A stretch of 64,000 nt of DNA from Chrysemys picta bellii (Eukaryota): positions 44,454,001 through 44,518,000 of the forward strand of contig NC_088792.1 of assembly GCF_011386835.1 (NCBI RefSeq), given 5' to 3'. Under the pieces are notes generated by a model. The model had not been told where the DNA came from and did no database searches. It worked only from the letters and a program-made list of their open reading frames with translations. This document shows positions 37,601 through 50,751 of this stretch, piece after piece. The position numbers were made by a program, and so were the translations under genes. The first letter of the stretch is position 1. Each line of letters opens with the position of its first letter.

Positions 37601-39281
37601 TAGACGCAAATGGGAGGAAGGCTGTATAATTCCCTCTTATGGATATTCTTATATTTCAAAGCAGAATAGCAGCATCTGTAATACTCATTAATTTCTCAGA
37701 GCCACTACATAGTAAGATGCAACATTCCTTTTTTTAACATATTCTGTACTATAAACTGGAGGATTGACCTTGTTCGAAATATGGCAGTATCCCGCTCAAA
37801 TCTTCCAGGGCCTCCAACCTTAAGAAGTCAGAAAGCTGACACTGAGTGAACTGTGTGGCAGTCATGTCCTCTCCTAACTGAGATTTGAATGGAAATCAAA
37901 TGGCTGTTTCTATGTGACGTGCAGAATTAATTAATATTATAAACATTTTATTCATGAAAGCTACAGCAATAAGAACCAAATCTACAAAGTGTCTCCAGTG
38001 TTCTTTAAAACAGAACAACAAACATTTAATTTGCCAATGATTGTTTGGGGCTAAGCACTTGCCCAAATGATCCAGCAAGCAATGTTCTGACCTCTAGAGA
38101 CCTTAAATATTGTTTTCTGTTTATATGCCTCCAATTACAGGCCAAGCACTCACAAAACTAAGTGTTCCTCATGTAGGCCTTGCCATATGATTCTTGAGAA
38201 CTGGAGAAGGAGGGATTACATAACTGAATTCACCCACATCTGAAACACAGGATAGGTAACATAGTCTTTTACAACTCTTCAGGGTGACAGTAATCACATT
38301 TGGGCGGCTATGGAATAGTACAGTGGTAATAAACTGTTTTGTAGGAGCCGAAAGTATAAGAGGTATTTATAGGCTTATAAACATTGCATTGGCTTGTGTC
38401 AGAGAGCAATGATGATTAAATGACTGTATTTCTGGGCCCACCCTGCTCCTAATGAAGTCAATGGGAATTCTGTCTTTCACTTCAGTGGCGGCAAGCTCAG
38501 GTCCCAAAAATGCCTTTAAGAAAGGCTGTCTGTATGCCTCTTGCTCTATAGCACACTGGGCTCTTCTCTCTTTCATCCCTTTCTAGAACTCTCCATTCCT
38601 CTTCCCCTAGAGAGAAGTCTGCAGAAATTTTTTTTTCTTTGCTCTACTATTTAGGGTCCTATCCAACAAGGTGCTGACAGCCTCCTATAGGGTTCTGAGC
38701 ATCTTCAGTTCCTAGTTAAGCTGAGGTTGAGGTTGCTCAGTACCTTGTAGGATTGGGCCCTTAGAGCTGATAGGCCAAATTTTGCTGGCCTCACTCTCAC
38801 AACTAGTCCCATGTCATGCAGTGAGGCCACTTGCATGAATAAACTAAGGAGAATTCAGCCTTGTTTGTTAGGAAATACTGGGTGTCAGACATAATGAAAG
38901 ATGATGGTGCTTATTATCATCACCGTAGTGATTTGATGGCACACAAATACCAGAGATAAATTAGTCAGTAGTTAATGTCTTCATAGATATCGTACATTGT
39001 TAAATCTTATTTGATAACTTTGTGTAGTTTAACATTTGTTCCTGCAACACATAATCCAAGAATACAGTACTGTACTAAGTGATATGGAAAAAGTTGGCTT
39101 TGAAGCTACAAGCCATCTGTAACTTGCCTAGTTACAAGAACAAATATGGAAATGAAATGAGTTGACTTCCATCTAACCCCTTTTCAGTCCTATTATTCCC
39201 TCAAGCTTTTTGGCAAAATTTAGTAAAATTTCCACCTGTTGCTGAATTGGCTTGATTTTTTTTTCTAGACTGAGGTTTATG

Positions 39282-39714
39282 CAGGGGTGAAAGTAAGATA
39301 AATTATTTACCAGTACAGGGGCCCGGCTCTGGGCCCCTGGAAGGGGTGGAGCCTTGGGTGAAAGGAGCGGGGCTGAGGGTCAGACTCCCCCAGCCAGCCC
39401 TTCCATGCTGCCCGGCCCATGCTGCCCAGGCCTCTGGTGACGATTTAAAGGGCCCGGGGCTCTGGTTGCTGCCACGGTAGAGGTGGCTGGGAGCCCCAGG
39501 CCCTTTTAAATCACCGGGCCCTGGGGCAGCTGCCCCTTTGGCCCCCTCACTCCCTGTCAGTAGCCCTGCTGGTAGGCTGCCTACCCGTTGACGCCCCTGG
39601 ATGGGGGGCAGGGAGGAAGGAGGAGCGATGTTAAAGCACTGCCGTAGGCCGATACCGGTGGCCACTTCTTACCGGTATGCCGGACAGGCCTGTACTGGCC
39701 TACTTTCACCTCTG
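39282..39714. mobile_element. Non-autonomous hAT element
   Basis: CAGGGGTGAAAGTA / TACTTTCACCTCTG; perfect TSD GGTTTATG (39274-39281, 39715-39722). Confidence 0.9.
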
Positions 39715-40174
39715 GGTTTATGATTTGTAATGAATCTTCTGTGATAAGTTCCCAGGGTAAGTCATCTGGGTATCTCAAAACCTCAGAAACCTACAGGCAA
39801 TGATGATTTTGTTCTGAGTTTTGGCTTTCCTATGTGCATTTGGCTCAAAATTAAAACTCAGGCTGCAACTCAATGGGTATGAATGTGTGAAAATCAAAAC
39901 TAATAAGTGTTTGACAGAATCCATGACAAAAAGACCCTAGTGAGTTTCCCACAGCTCTAGCTGTAATTCCTACTAATATACTTTACTACATCAGTTGATG
40001 TATTTTAATACAACATCAATATAAAGGACTGTACATGAAGAATAACATCTTGCGGCTCAGGGTTCAATCCCGTGAGGTGTTTGAAAACAGATCTGATAAA
40101 GCACAGCTTTAGGCATATGCTTTGCTTTAAGCATGACTTAATGGGACAATTCACATGATTAAAGTTGAGCACGT

Positions 40175-41463
40175 AGTATCATAGAATTATCGGACTGGAA
40201 GGGACCTCGAGAGGTCATCTAGTCCAGTCCCCTGCACTCATGGCAGGACTAAATAATATCTAGACCAGTTGTTCCCAAACTTTTCGGCATCACGCCCCCT
40301 TTTTAATTTTTGAGAAACCCTCCTGCCCCCCACCTCTCCTTTACCATCATCCAACCCCCCCGATACCTGTCCCCTGACTGCCCCCTTCCAGGACCCCCCG
40401 TCCCTAACCACTCCCCGGGACCCCGCTCCTTATCCAACCCCCCCGGTCCCTGTCTCTTGACCACCACCCCCAGAACCTCTGCCCCATCCAACTGCTCCCT
40501 CTCCCCTGACTGCCCCCCGAGACCTCCTGCCCCTTATCCAACCCCCCTCCCCTCGCTTCCTGCCCCCTTACCAGGCTGCTCAGAGCAGCAGGACTGGCTT
40601 ATTGGAAAGCCTGGGAGGTGGGCGGGCACAAGTCACGCTGCTCGTGCGGTGGCGTGCCTGCAGGGGAGGGGGGACAGGAGGGGAGGGAACAGGGGCTAGC
40701 CTCCTCGGCTGGGAGCTCAAGGGCCAGGCAGCCTCGCGCCTCCCTTGGAATTTCTTCACGCCCCCCCGGGGGGCACACCCCCCAGTTTGGGAACCTATGA
40801 TCTAGACCATTCCTGACAGGTGTTTGTGTAACCTGCTCTTAAAAATCTCCAATGATGGAGATTCCACAATCTCCGTAGGCAATTTATTCCAGTGCTTAAC
40901 GGCCCTGAAAGTTAGGAAGTTTTTCCTAATAGCCAACCTAAACCTCCCTTGCTGCAATTTAAGCCCATTGCTTCTTGTCCTATCCTCAGAAGTTAAGAAA
41001 AACAATTCTTCTCCCTCCTCCTTGTAACAACCTTTTATGTACCTTGAAAACGGTTATCATGTCCCCTCTCTATCTTCTCTTTTCCAGACTAAGCAAACCC
41101 AGTTTTTTCAATCTTCCATCATAAGTCATGTTTTCTAGACCTTTAATCATGTTTGTTGCTCTTCTCTGGACTTTCTCCAATTTGTCCACATCTTTCCTGA
41201 AATGTGGTGCTCAGAACTGGCCACAATACTCCAGTTGAGGCCTAATCAGCATGGAGTAAAGTGGAAGAAGTACTTCTTGTGTCTTGCTTACAACACTCCT
41301 GCTAATACATCCCGGAATAATGTTTGTTTTTTTCTCAACAGTGTTACACTGTTGACTCATATTTAGCTTGTGGTCCACTATGACCCCCAGTTCCCTTTCT
41401 GCAGTACTCCTTCCTAGGCAGTCATTTCCCATTTTGTATGTGTAAAACTGATTGTTCCTTGCT
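40175..41463 (-). mobile_element. CR1 LINE 3' fragment, interrupted by hAT
   Basis: Fragments LGRSTAERELGVIVDHKLNMSQQC and RSNGLKLQQGRFRLAIRKNF; terminal (ATTCTATG)-like end at about 40180. Confidence 0.9.
40266..40799. mobile_element. hAT element nested in CR1
   Basis: CAGTTGTTCCCAAACT / AGTTTGGGAACCTATG; perfect TSD ATCTAGAC (40258-40265, 40800-40807); CR1 rejoins across it. Confidence 0.9.
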
Positions 41464-41469
41464 TAAGTG

Positions 41470-41760
41470 CCTTGCTGGATGAGGGCTGGAATGCTCAGTA
41501 CCTTCCAGGACCAAGCCCCAGGACTTTGGACTCACCTCTGTCACAGACTTCCTATGTGATCATGGCCATGTGATCACTTAAACTCTCTGTGGCTCAATTC
41601 CCAGGCTGTCATATGGGAATATAATACTTCCTTTGTCTGTCTTGTCTATTAGACTGTAAATTTTTAAAGGCAGAGTCTGTCTCATGCTGCATGTGTGCAC
41701 AGCACCTGGCACAATGTGATGCTGATCTTTGTTGGAGCTTGTAGATGCTGTTGTAATTAG
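41470..41760 (+). mobile_element. MIR-like SINE
   Basis: TCTGTCACAGACTTCCTATGTGATC..CACTTAAACTCTCTGTGGCTCAATTCCC core. Confidence 0.6.
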
Positions 41761-42279
41761 CTAAAAAAACAAAACAAAAAAACCTAAGTGCTGATGAACA
41801 TAAAGTCTTACACTAGTGTTTAAGGGAATATTAATGCTGAAATAGAACATTACTGAATCTTTCAAAATATCCATAATTAATATCCAGTTAATGACACAGG
41901 TTTCATCCTACCACTTATTCCAAAAATGGATAGAAAAAATTAATATGCACTTTAAATTTAGCCTGCTTTTGAACAATTCTGGAGTTGTGTGGTTTGGAAA
42001 TATGCATATTTGATTACTCTTTCAATTAAAATGAGTTGCAGCCTTATGAAATAGCTTCAGCAAAGTGGGAAGCTATGAAAAATAAATCACATGGAAACAG
42101 ATTTAGTTACTTCCCTCTAAATGTTATTCATTAAGATATATTACAAATATATAAATATACAAATAAATAAAAATGGGCACTAAATTACAGATATTTTATC
42201 AGAGATTTCTGTTACACTGTGACCTAATGCTAAATAGCTTATGCTACAAAGTAGTTATCATGCTGTTCTGGTTCTATAG

Positions 42280-42578
42280 CAGTGATGCTCAGATCTCAGT
42301 GGTTCAGGAGCCAAATTAGCAATCAACATTACCCAAAAGAGCCACAGGAGTGCAAAGTCATTGTTTCATTTATTCTCACAGCAAAATGACTGACCAAGTG
42401 TTGTTCTTTTATCAACTACAATGGTTAACAACATAGTAAAAGCATCTTGATTGGTTAATAACGTAGACTGGTTAATAATGAAATCACACAGTATTTTAAT
42501 ATCACATGCTGCCAAGAACTGCAGGAGACACATTAAAGAGCCACTTGCAGCTTGCGAGCCTCAGTCTGAGTATCACTG
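42280..42578. mobile_element. Non-autonomous hAT element
   Basis: CAGTGATGCTCAGA / TCTGAGTATCACTG; TSD TTCTATAG/TTCTACAG. Confidence 0.88.
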
Positions 42579-44061
42579 TTCTACAGTCTGCGTTTGATGC
42601 AAAATCACTGAAGAGATTTTAACGTGGTTCTCATGCTGTTAGCCAGGACCTGATCCTCTGAGATGCTCAGTGTCTTCGGAAAGGTGGAAGCTTGTGTACT
42701 ACCTACTATTTTAAAATAGTCAGCATTTCATGTCTGTTAATATTCATTTAGCAAGAAGAACATGAATATAATGAACTTGTCTCCCAATCACTGCTCTGGG
42801 AGTTGAGGATGTTCAGTACTTTGCAGGATTGTGCCCTATATTGGGCTGCTTCTCACTCTCTTATAACTATTTGTCCAATGAATGTGGAGATGTAATTCGC
42901 TTGTTCTAAAAACACTCTTCTTATGTTTACATGGGCTGGTGCTTCTACAGGTGTTTGAGGAATCTAATCTTTTGTTTCCTGGAATCTAGACACATATACA
43001 TCCCCCTATTCCAATTCAATCATTCAATAGCTTGTCTGCTCACCCCTCCTCTGAGAAACTTCAGAGGAAAATAATTTGTAAAACACCAGGGAAAGTAGTT
43101 TAATGTGAAATATCCCTTGGTGTCTTTCCTTAAAATGTTTGGGAAAGAGAAAAAAAGAGAACGTAGTTAAAGTTTCAAAATAATTGTTCAGAAAATTTCA
43201 GTCGCTCGATTTCCCCCCCCCCCCAAAAAAACCAAACAAACTAGAAAATGAAAAGTAAGTGTGTTTGGGGGGAGGTGTTCAGTTTGTTTTTTTCCTTTCC
43301 ACCCTTTGTCTCCTAAGAAAAGCGTGAAGAACCCCCCCCACCCAAAATTGAAAATAGAATTTTTCCGAACAAAATCTTTTAGAAATTAAAAAAATCTTTC
43401 TAAACCTGCAGAATGCAAGTGACTTCAATTTTTATTTTTTTTCCCCACTAAAAATGGTTTTCCGTTTTCAACCTGCTCTAAAACGGAATCAGTTTGACTT
43501 AAACAATATTAATCAGATTCTCATAAGACAGTGAACGAAACCTATGATGTTATACAGTCCAATTCTCTACCAATATAGGATTGTTTCCAGCATTTGAGAC
43601 CGATTTTTCTACCCCAGCCTGCTTCTGGTGCAAAGGGAGTGGAAACCTCCAAGTCCCTAGTACAGAGAATCAGGGAGCCACACCCAGTTCCCTGACATCC
43701 ACAGCAGCAAATGGAATCTTTATGCACGTCTAATTCTCAGTGTTCCAAAGGCAAAGGCTTCCATCACTTTCTTTGGGAGACCGAGAACAGATGTTGTGAG
43801 AGGAAGTGATTGTAAGCCACTGACATTCCCTCACCCCCAGCGATAGCTAAAAGCAAGTGGACCTGGGTCCTGCTACAGGAGAGGGAGGGGGGAAAATACA
43901 GTTGATTCCTCTTCAGATTCTTATGGATCTGTAGCCTTTGTTTGTGAGCCTTTCTTGGAGAATTTGCCTTTTGTAATGAAACTCCAAACCATGATCACTT
44001 TGCATTATTTTTGGATTTGGGTTTGTAAATTTTACTTAGAGAGCCACTATATTTCTGTTCA

Positions 44062-44077
44062 GCCAGTAGATGGCAAC
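44062..44077 (+). promoter_or_regulatory. Candidate CTCF site
   Basis: GCCAGTAGATGGCAAC matches the CCASYAGRKGGCR core. Confidence 0.45.
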
Positions 44078-44379
44078 ATAACCTAGCTTTGTTCTGTGAT
44101 AGTCTTACAGTACGTACATAATGCTTGGGAGAAAACATATAAGAATTATTTTTAGTTCTTTTATTTAGGTGTTCAGATACTATAGGGATGAACGCCAAAG
44201 AAATGCTTATCAATACATGGCATCTGGCTTTTCTACCATAATATTTTCTTGCTTTCTTTTTTTGGTAAAGATTGACTCCTTTGGAAAAGAATCCTTATAT
44301 AAGTTCTATAACCATTTGCTTATCTGCTTTTTGCTCTGCAGTGTTGTTGTTGGTTGCTTCCTAATATAGAGTCCTAGCC

Positions 44380-46520
44380 AACTGAAGATCTGGTCTATGC
44401 ATCCACGCCCTTTCTGAAAACCAGCTCGCTCTTTTCTGAGAATGCTATCAACTGCCTCTGATGTACGCTGGACTATGATCTTACACAATACTTTGCTTAG
44501 CACAGATAAAAGTGTGATACCATGCCAGTTATTACAATCACTGAGTTCCTTTCTTTGGTATCTTCACTGTAACCCCATTGGTCCACTCATCTGGCACTTT
44601 TTCCCTTTTACAGACTGATTTAAATGGAGGGGCCAGGATAGATGCTGCTAATTTAAGATTTACCTTGAACAATTTCTGCATTCAAGTTATCCTTGCCATG
44701 CTTTCCCATTATTTAAGGATTTGATGGCTTGAATTATCTCTTCCTTAGTTGGGGTGTCTGTGTTGATATCAAGATCTTCTTCTGCCTCCTGGATGTTTGC
44801 TTCCTCTTTAGGTGGCTCCCTGTTCAGCAATTCTTTGAAATGCTCTGTCCTGCTCATTTATTGTTCTTTTTTGGTTGTTAGTAGGTGTCCTTGTTTGTTC
44901 CTGATGAGTGTTTGTTGGTGTCTGCTGTTTACCACTGATAAGCCGCATCATTTTATACAGTTCCTTGTTCACCACAAGCAGCTGCATCCTCTGCTTGTGT
45001 TGTCAGGTTATCAATATAATGCTGTTTGTCCACTCTCACAAGGCGTTTGATCTCCCGTTGTGACTTGCTATACTGCTCGTTGTATTTGTCCTTTAGCTTC
45101 CGGGATTTTGTGTCTAAAACTTTTTTCTTCAGGGCTCGTCTGGTTTCTATGGCGTTCCAAGTGCTGGATGTAATCCACTCCTTCCTTCTCTTCTGCCTGT
45201 AGCCTAGACAGGCTTCACTGCTCTGTTTATAAATTGCTGTTACTTTGTCCCATTTCTTGTTGATCTCCTCATCTGCAGTCCCCTCCCCTTCATCAGGGTC
45301 TGCAAGTGCTTGAAACCTGTTCTTTAACTGCAGAACGAAGGCTTTCAGTATTTCAAGGGACTTTAGCTTGTCAATATCAAAACATCTATGTCCCTTGTTT
45401 GGTGAACCCACATTTCTCAGTTTTAGCTTGATGGAGGCTGTCACAAGGTGGTGGTTGCTGCCAACATCTGCACCCCTTCTCACTTTCACATCTGTTAGTG
45501 AGTGTCGCCATTTGCCACTGATCATGATATGGTCAATCTGGTTCTTATCTCTGCCATTTGGAGAACACCATGTCAGTTTGTGAATTTCACAATGTTCAAA
45601 TACGGTTCCGCCGATGATTAGGTCATTCATATTACAGAAATCAACAAGCCTCTCTCCGTTTTCATTCATGGTGCCACACCCATGTCTTCCCATTGCTCTG
45701 TCATTGTTTGTGTTGTCCTTACCGACCTTGGCATTCAGGTTTCCCATTACGATAGTTAGGCTGTGGTGTGGTACTTCTCTAACTCTGCCTGTAGTGTAAG
45801 ATAGAATTTGTCCTTTACTTCTTCATCACTGTAATTTGTCGGAGCATAACACTGAATCAAGGGGATATTATTGTGTTTCCCTTTCAGTCTGGCTCTCATA
45901 AGTCTGCTGCTGATGGATTTCCATTCAAGCAGGGAATGTTCCACTCCCTTCTTCAAAAGTATGGCAACACCCTCATGGTGTTGTCCATCATCCCGTCCAG
46001 AAAACAGCAAAGTTTCTCCCGAGGCGGTTGTTAATCTTCCTGATCCCACCCATCTGCTCTTGCTGACACCCAGGATGTGTAAGTTGTGACGTCTCATCTC
46101 TGCTGTGACCTGAGCTAGCTTCCCTGCTTCGTACATTGTCCATACGTTCCAAAAACCAAGTTTGGTTTTTGACTTGGTGTTGAGCACTTCAGTCTTCATG
46201 CCAGTGGCTTCCACTACTGGCAGTCATACGGGTCATTGACTCCTGAAGGCCATCACACACAGTAATGGTTAATTTCTCTGTCGCTGTTTCCGTAACATAT
46301 TTTGTTTTTTACGGGACAGGGTTGTTAGCTATGTGCCTAACCCCCAACCTGGAGGACCAGGGTGTCTGTTTTGCCTGGCCCCTTCCCTACAGACCAATCC
46401 AGCATGGTTGAACCTATCAGAAGCAAAAAGCCCCCGCCGACACAGACTCTGGGAATCGTTAGAGCACGCAAACTGTCCCACCATGACAAGGCACAGACAC
46501 CAGAGAACAGACACTCCTAC
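44380..46520 (-). mobile_element. RTE-clade LINE: 5' UTR, APE endonuclease and start of RT; 3' half missing
   Basis: ORFs 45756-46214 (GFWNVWTM..LGVS..IQCYAPT), 44953-45747 (GNLNAKVG..NQIDHIMI..SNHHLV) and 44380-44600 (NWHGITLLS..AGFQKGRGCIDQIF); RTE-like 5' leader CCCTGGTCCTCCAGGTTGGGGG. Confidence 0.92.
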
Positions 46521-46835
46521 TGATGTAACTGCCCCGCTACACTGACTTAACACCACCTCTGCGGGCAGCGTAGACTCAGGGTCGATGTAGTTAGGTCAAC
46601 ACAGTGTCAGTGTGAGCGCTGCATTACTTATGTTGACTATTACTGGTCTCCAGTAGCTGTCCCATAATGCCCCATACTGATCGCTCTGGTCACCATTGTG
46701 AACTCCTCTGCCCAGGGGTCAGCTGCCATTCCCCTTTAAAGCCCCATGAATTTTTGAAATTCCTTTTCCTGGGTGCCTGGTGAGGTGAGCACACCTAGCA
46801 GCTCTCCATTGATGTGTGTAACTGCCTAGCTGACC

Positions 46836-47270
46836 ATGCCAGCGACACGCTGCAGATACACAAGAGGTATATGGATCTCCTGGGCTGGTGGGGAGAAGAG
46901 GCTGTGCAGGAACAGCTCTGATCCAGCCGTAGAAATGTGGACATCTACAAGCAGATTGCTCAGTGGATGCAGGAGAAGGGCTACAACAGGAACACACAAC
47001 AGTGCTTCGTGAAAGCCAAGGAGCTGTGGCAGGCATACCAGAAGGGAAGAGAGGTCAACAATCAATCTGGTGTGGAGTTGGAGACCTGCTGCTTTTACAA
47101 AAAGCTGCATGCCAGCCATCCTTGGTGGACACCCCCCGCCCCCCAGAGCACCCTGGATACTTCGGAGGAGCCCAAGTCACAGACCCCCACTGTGAACAGG
47201 GAGGGGGGACGAGGACAAGGAAGGAGGAGTGTGGGGGATGGGCGACCGGGGGATCCAGTTGCACAGTGAG
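46836..47270 (+). pseudogene. Harbinger Myb/SANT (trihelix) accessory protein, disrupted
   Basis: WGEEAVQEQL*SSRRN.DIYKQIAQWMQEKGYNRNTQQCFVKAKEL..CCFYKKL, a Myb/SANT-like pattern with a stop and frameshifts. Confidence 0.8.
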
Positions 47271-47280
47271 CCAGGACACG

Positions 47281-47463
47281 TAAGAACAGTAGGACGATGG
47301 AATAGATGCCTCGGGAGGTTGTGGAAGCTTCTTCACTGGAGGTTTTCAACAGGAGGCTACATAGCCATCTGTCCTGGATGGTTTAGACACAACAAATCCT
47401 GCATCTTGGTTGGGGGTTACTCTAGATGATCCTTGCAGTCCCTCTAACCCTGTGGTTCTATGT
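47281..47463 (+). mobile_element. CR1 3' fragment nested in Harbinger
   Basis: GGGAGGTTGTGGAAGCTTCTTCACTGGAGGTTTT..CTAGATGATCCTTGCAGTCCCTCTAACCCTGTGGTTCTATG. Confidence 0.8.
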
Positions 47464-48544
47464 TTTTTACTCCTCTGCAGTCCAGACAATCCCGATTTGT
47501 TGAACAAAGGTGAACATGATGTTGGGGAAGGAACCTCTGGTGAGTAGGTAGTTTGCTTTGAAATTCCAGGGTATGGAACCTCCAAAGTAGCAGGACACCT
47601 CTGTTGATTTACTCTTGTTTATCTGTGCTAGAAGAGGTAGTGAAACAACCAAGAGAGATAGAGTTGCTACCTGGTTTTAATTCCTCTCTAGAGTGCAGCA
47701 AAAATGGTCATGCGGAGCAGTTTATGTGCATCTTGTGAATCCTCCGTAGAGATCTTGATGAAACTTTTATGGAAAGTTTTTATGGAAAACTTTTATGGAA
47801 ACTGCAATCCTCTGCCGAAGGTTTCTGGGGAAGGCTGCCATATTTCTTCCACTGCGATAGGACACTTTCCCATGCCAGTCAGCAAGTACTTCAGCAAGCA
47901 CCATTGCAGTACAAGCCTAGCAGCATATGGGTCCAGATGGCATCAGGACACCAGCTGCACTCTCTCTACCTTTGTTACCATCAGGAGTGAGATAGCCGCT
48001 AAAATCACCACTGCCTGTGGAAAACAGTGCCAGTATTCAGTTCCATTGCCCTATACCAATATACTCATGCCTGTAAGCTATTTCCCCAACCTTAAACCCT
48101 GCCCCCACCCCCAAAGAGCCATACTCAACATGGCTGGTGCGGTGACTGGCACCGTGCTGTATCAGTCCCATGGATAAGTGAGAATGTAATGCTTACCCTT
48201 TTGGGGGATCAAAGTTTAAAATGGCTTTTTTAAATTGCCTGGTTCATGTTACCGAATAAAATTCTATTTTTTTTAATCAAGATTCATCGTTATTAGTTCA
48301 CAACACACGCTGTCTGACGCTGAGCAGGTCTGACACACACCAATTTCCTGGTACTTCATTTTGTCACAAACCCATAAAATCATTCACAAACACTGTTCTA
48401 TTCCTACATGACAGCAGTCACTACAAGAATCGTACTAGGCTGCAAGAGAGCAAGGCCAGGTAGAGCACACTACAGCATCATACCTTACTCTGGCTCACTA
48501 TTAAAATGTTCTCTCAAAGCCTCCCTGAGCTGTATAGCTCTGCA

Positions 48545-49680
48545 CTGAGCTCTTCTAATTGAGCTCCACCGCCTCTGTTCATCCTGGCAGAAACTTTCCT
48601 CCTTTGCTTCACAGATATTTTGCAGGACACAGAGGTGCTATTACCATTGGGATGCTTTTCTCACCGAGGTCCAATCTCCTATGTAAACAATGCCAGCAAC
48701 CCTTCCTACAACCAAAGGCACATTCAACTGCCATTCTGCACCTGCTGAGCTGTAGTTGAAGCACCCTTTGGTGCTGTTGAGGTGGCCAGTGTATGGCATC
48801 ATGAGCCTTGGGAGTAAGGAGTTCACTCCCAGGATCACACTGGCATTTCAACATTACCAGTGGTAATCAGCCATCAGGAAAGAAAGTCCCTGCTTGCAGC
48901 TTTTTGAACAGTCCTGTTGTTCTTAAAGATGGAAGCATCATGCATCTTCCCTGACCAGCCCACACTGATATTGGTAAAGTGACCCCAGTGATCCAGCAGC
49001 ACTTGCATTACTATGGAAAAGTAGACCTTTCTGTTGATGTACTCTGTGGCAAGGTGGTCTGGTGCTAAAATAAGGATATGCGTGCCATCTTTTGCCCCAC
49101 TGCAGTTCAGGAAGCTCATTGTTGCAAAGCCATTCACTGTGTCCTGCACATTTCCCAGAGTCACAGCCCTGCGTAGCAGGAAGCAATTAACAGCCCTACA
49201 CACTTGCATGACAATGGCCCCTGCGGTCGATTTCCCAACTCCAAATTGATTCCTGACTGACTGACATAGCAATCTAGCATTGGCAGTTTCCACAGTGCAA
49301 TCACCACTCACTTCTCAACTGTCAGTGTGGCTTTAATTCTGATGCCCCTGCGCTGGAGGGCTGGGGCAAATTCGGCACACAGATCCAGGAATGTAGCCTT
49401 GCACATCTGAAAGTTCTGCAGCAACTGCTCGTCATCCCAAACCTACATGATAATGCAATCCCACCAGTCAGTGCTGGTTTCTTGGGCCCAGAAGCGGTGC
49501 TGCACCATCTCCACCTGCTCCACAAATGCCAACAACCACCTTGAATTCTTTCTGTCTGTCCCACAGCAATCTAGCCTCCAAGGAATCGTCGTCTTGTCCA
49601 ATTCTCTGTAAATACAGCTGGATCAGGTGCCCTATGCTTGCAATGCTCATGACAATAGCGCAGAGCTGTGCAGGCTTCAT
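48545..49680 (-). pseudogene. Harbinger DDE transposase (HARBI1-like family), disrupted
   Basis: NQFGVGKSTAG, GAKDGTHI, YINRKVYFSIVMQ, GWSGKMHDASIF and FNYSSAG.EWQLNV fragments with frameshifts; an element copy, not the domesticated host gene. Confidence 0.88.
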
Positions 49681-50751
49681 GCTCTGTCAGAGATGTCAGA
49701 TGGTGAGAAGGGACATGCAGATTTGTGGGAATTTTGAAAAGAGATGTGAAATATTATGGGCTGCAGAGGAAATTATGGGATGGGGAACATTTCATTATGG
49801 GAAGTTGACCCCATGGCCCCAGTCACTCCCGTGTGACTCATTTCAGCCCCATGAGGCATTGCAAAAACTTCCCAAAACACCTGTGCAGGATGGTGGTAAG
49901 TTGCACAGTGGGATACCTAACCATGGTATACTGCACTCTGCATCAATACAAGCAGTCCTGGTGAGGACGCACATCGCTGACACAAGGAGAGTAGCATGCA
50001 CACCGCACAAGTGCTGTAAAAACGGTGGTGGCTGTACACCGATATAACTTAGGTAGACATAATTTTGTAGTGTAGACATGGCCTGAGGTTTGTCAGGGTA
50101 AATTTACAGAAAGTCATAGAGGAGACATGATAAAAATGTCATATCAAACCTGCTTTCTAGATTCACCTTTGTGAACCAAATCTACCCCTTCACATTTAAA
50201 AAGGGTTGTTTATAGTTACCTAACAGCATAGGGAGAAACTCATGACACCTTGGAACTAAGCACTCTCACTGACCGGCCAGTAATTTAGTCCATTGTGTTG
50301 CTCCTGTGTTGACTCTCAGCTGCTGATCTCTATTAGCTTCACAAGGAGTCCAGTGTTTAACTCGTGCTCTCAGTCAGATTGGTTCAGCTGTTACCATTAC
50401 ATCCATTGTCCTCTCATTCATATCGACCTACATACATTTCACCCCGCACCCCACCTATATGTGAGGACTGTGCCCTTCCTTGCAAATCAACACCTTCACT
50501 CTGCCTGCGTCTCCTGAATGGTTATAGCTGTTATTTCATCCAGTGTAGCTCTGGAAGAGAACAGTCTGCAGGTCCAGGAAGAGCAGAGGTTTTGGTTATG
50601 CCTGGCCTCTGTGTGGAGGATACTTCCTTGCACATCTGTGTAGTGGCAGGGCACAATTGGGCTCAGTCTTTTCTGAGTAAACAAGTACACATTTTTGTTG
50701 AGGAATTCACCTGTCTTGGTTGGCAGTCTTTCCTCTCTCCAGGCCCTACAG

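Larger units (their letters stand above)
46521..50083. mobile_element. Decayed near full-length PIF/Harbinger transposon with two convergent genes; left TIR absent
   Basis: Right terminus GTAGTGTAGACATGGCC at 50067-50083; Myb/SANT gene on plus, DDE transposase on minus. Confidence 0.9.

Noticed and set aside
43995-44375. Peptide ISLAFIPIVSEHL resembling a Penelope post-RT motif
   Set aside because: The match comes from a short SINE-like phrase (CCCTATAGTATCTGAACACCT); no RT or GIY-YIG motifs nearby.
48874-49311. Possible host HARBI1 gene
   Set aside because: Frameshifted, bounded by a TIR and paired with a Myb gene, so it is a transposon fossil.
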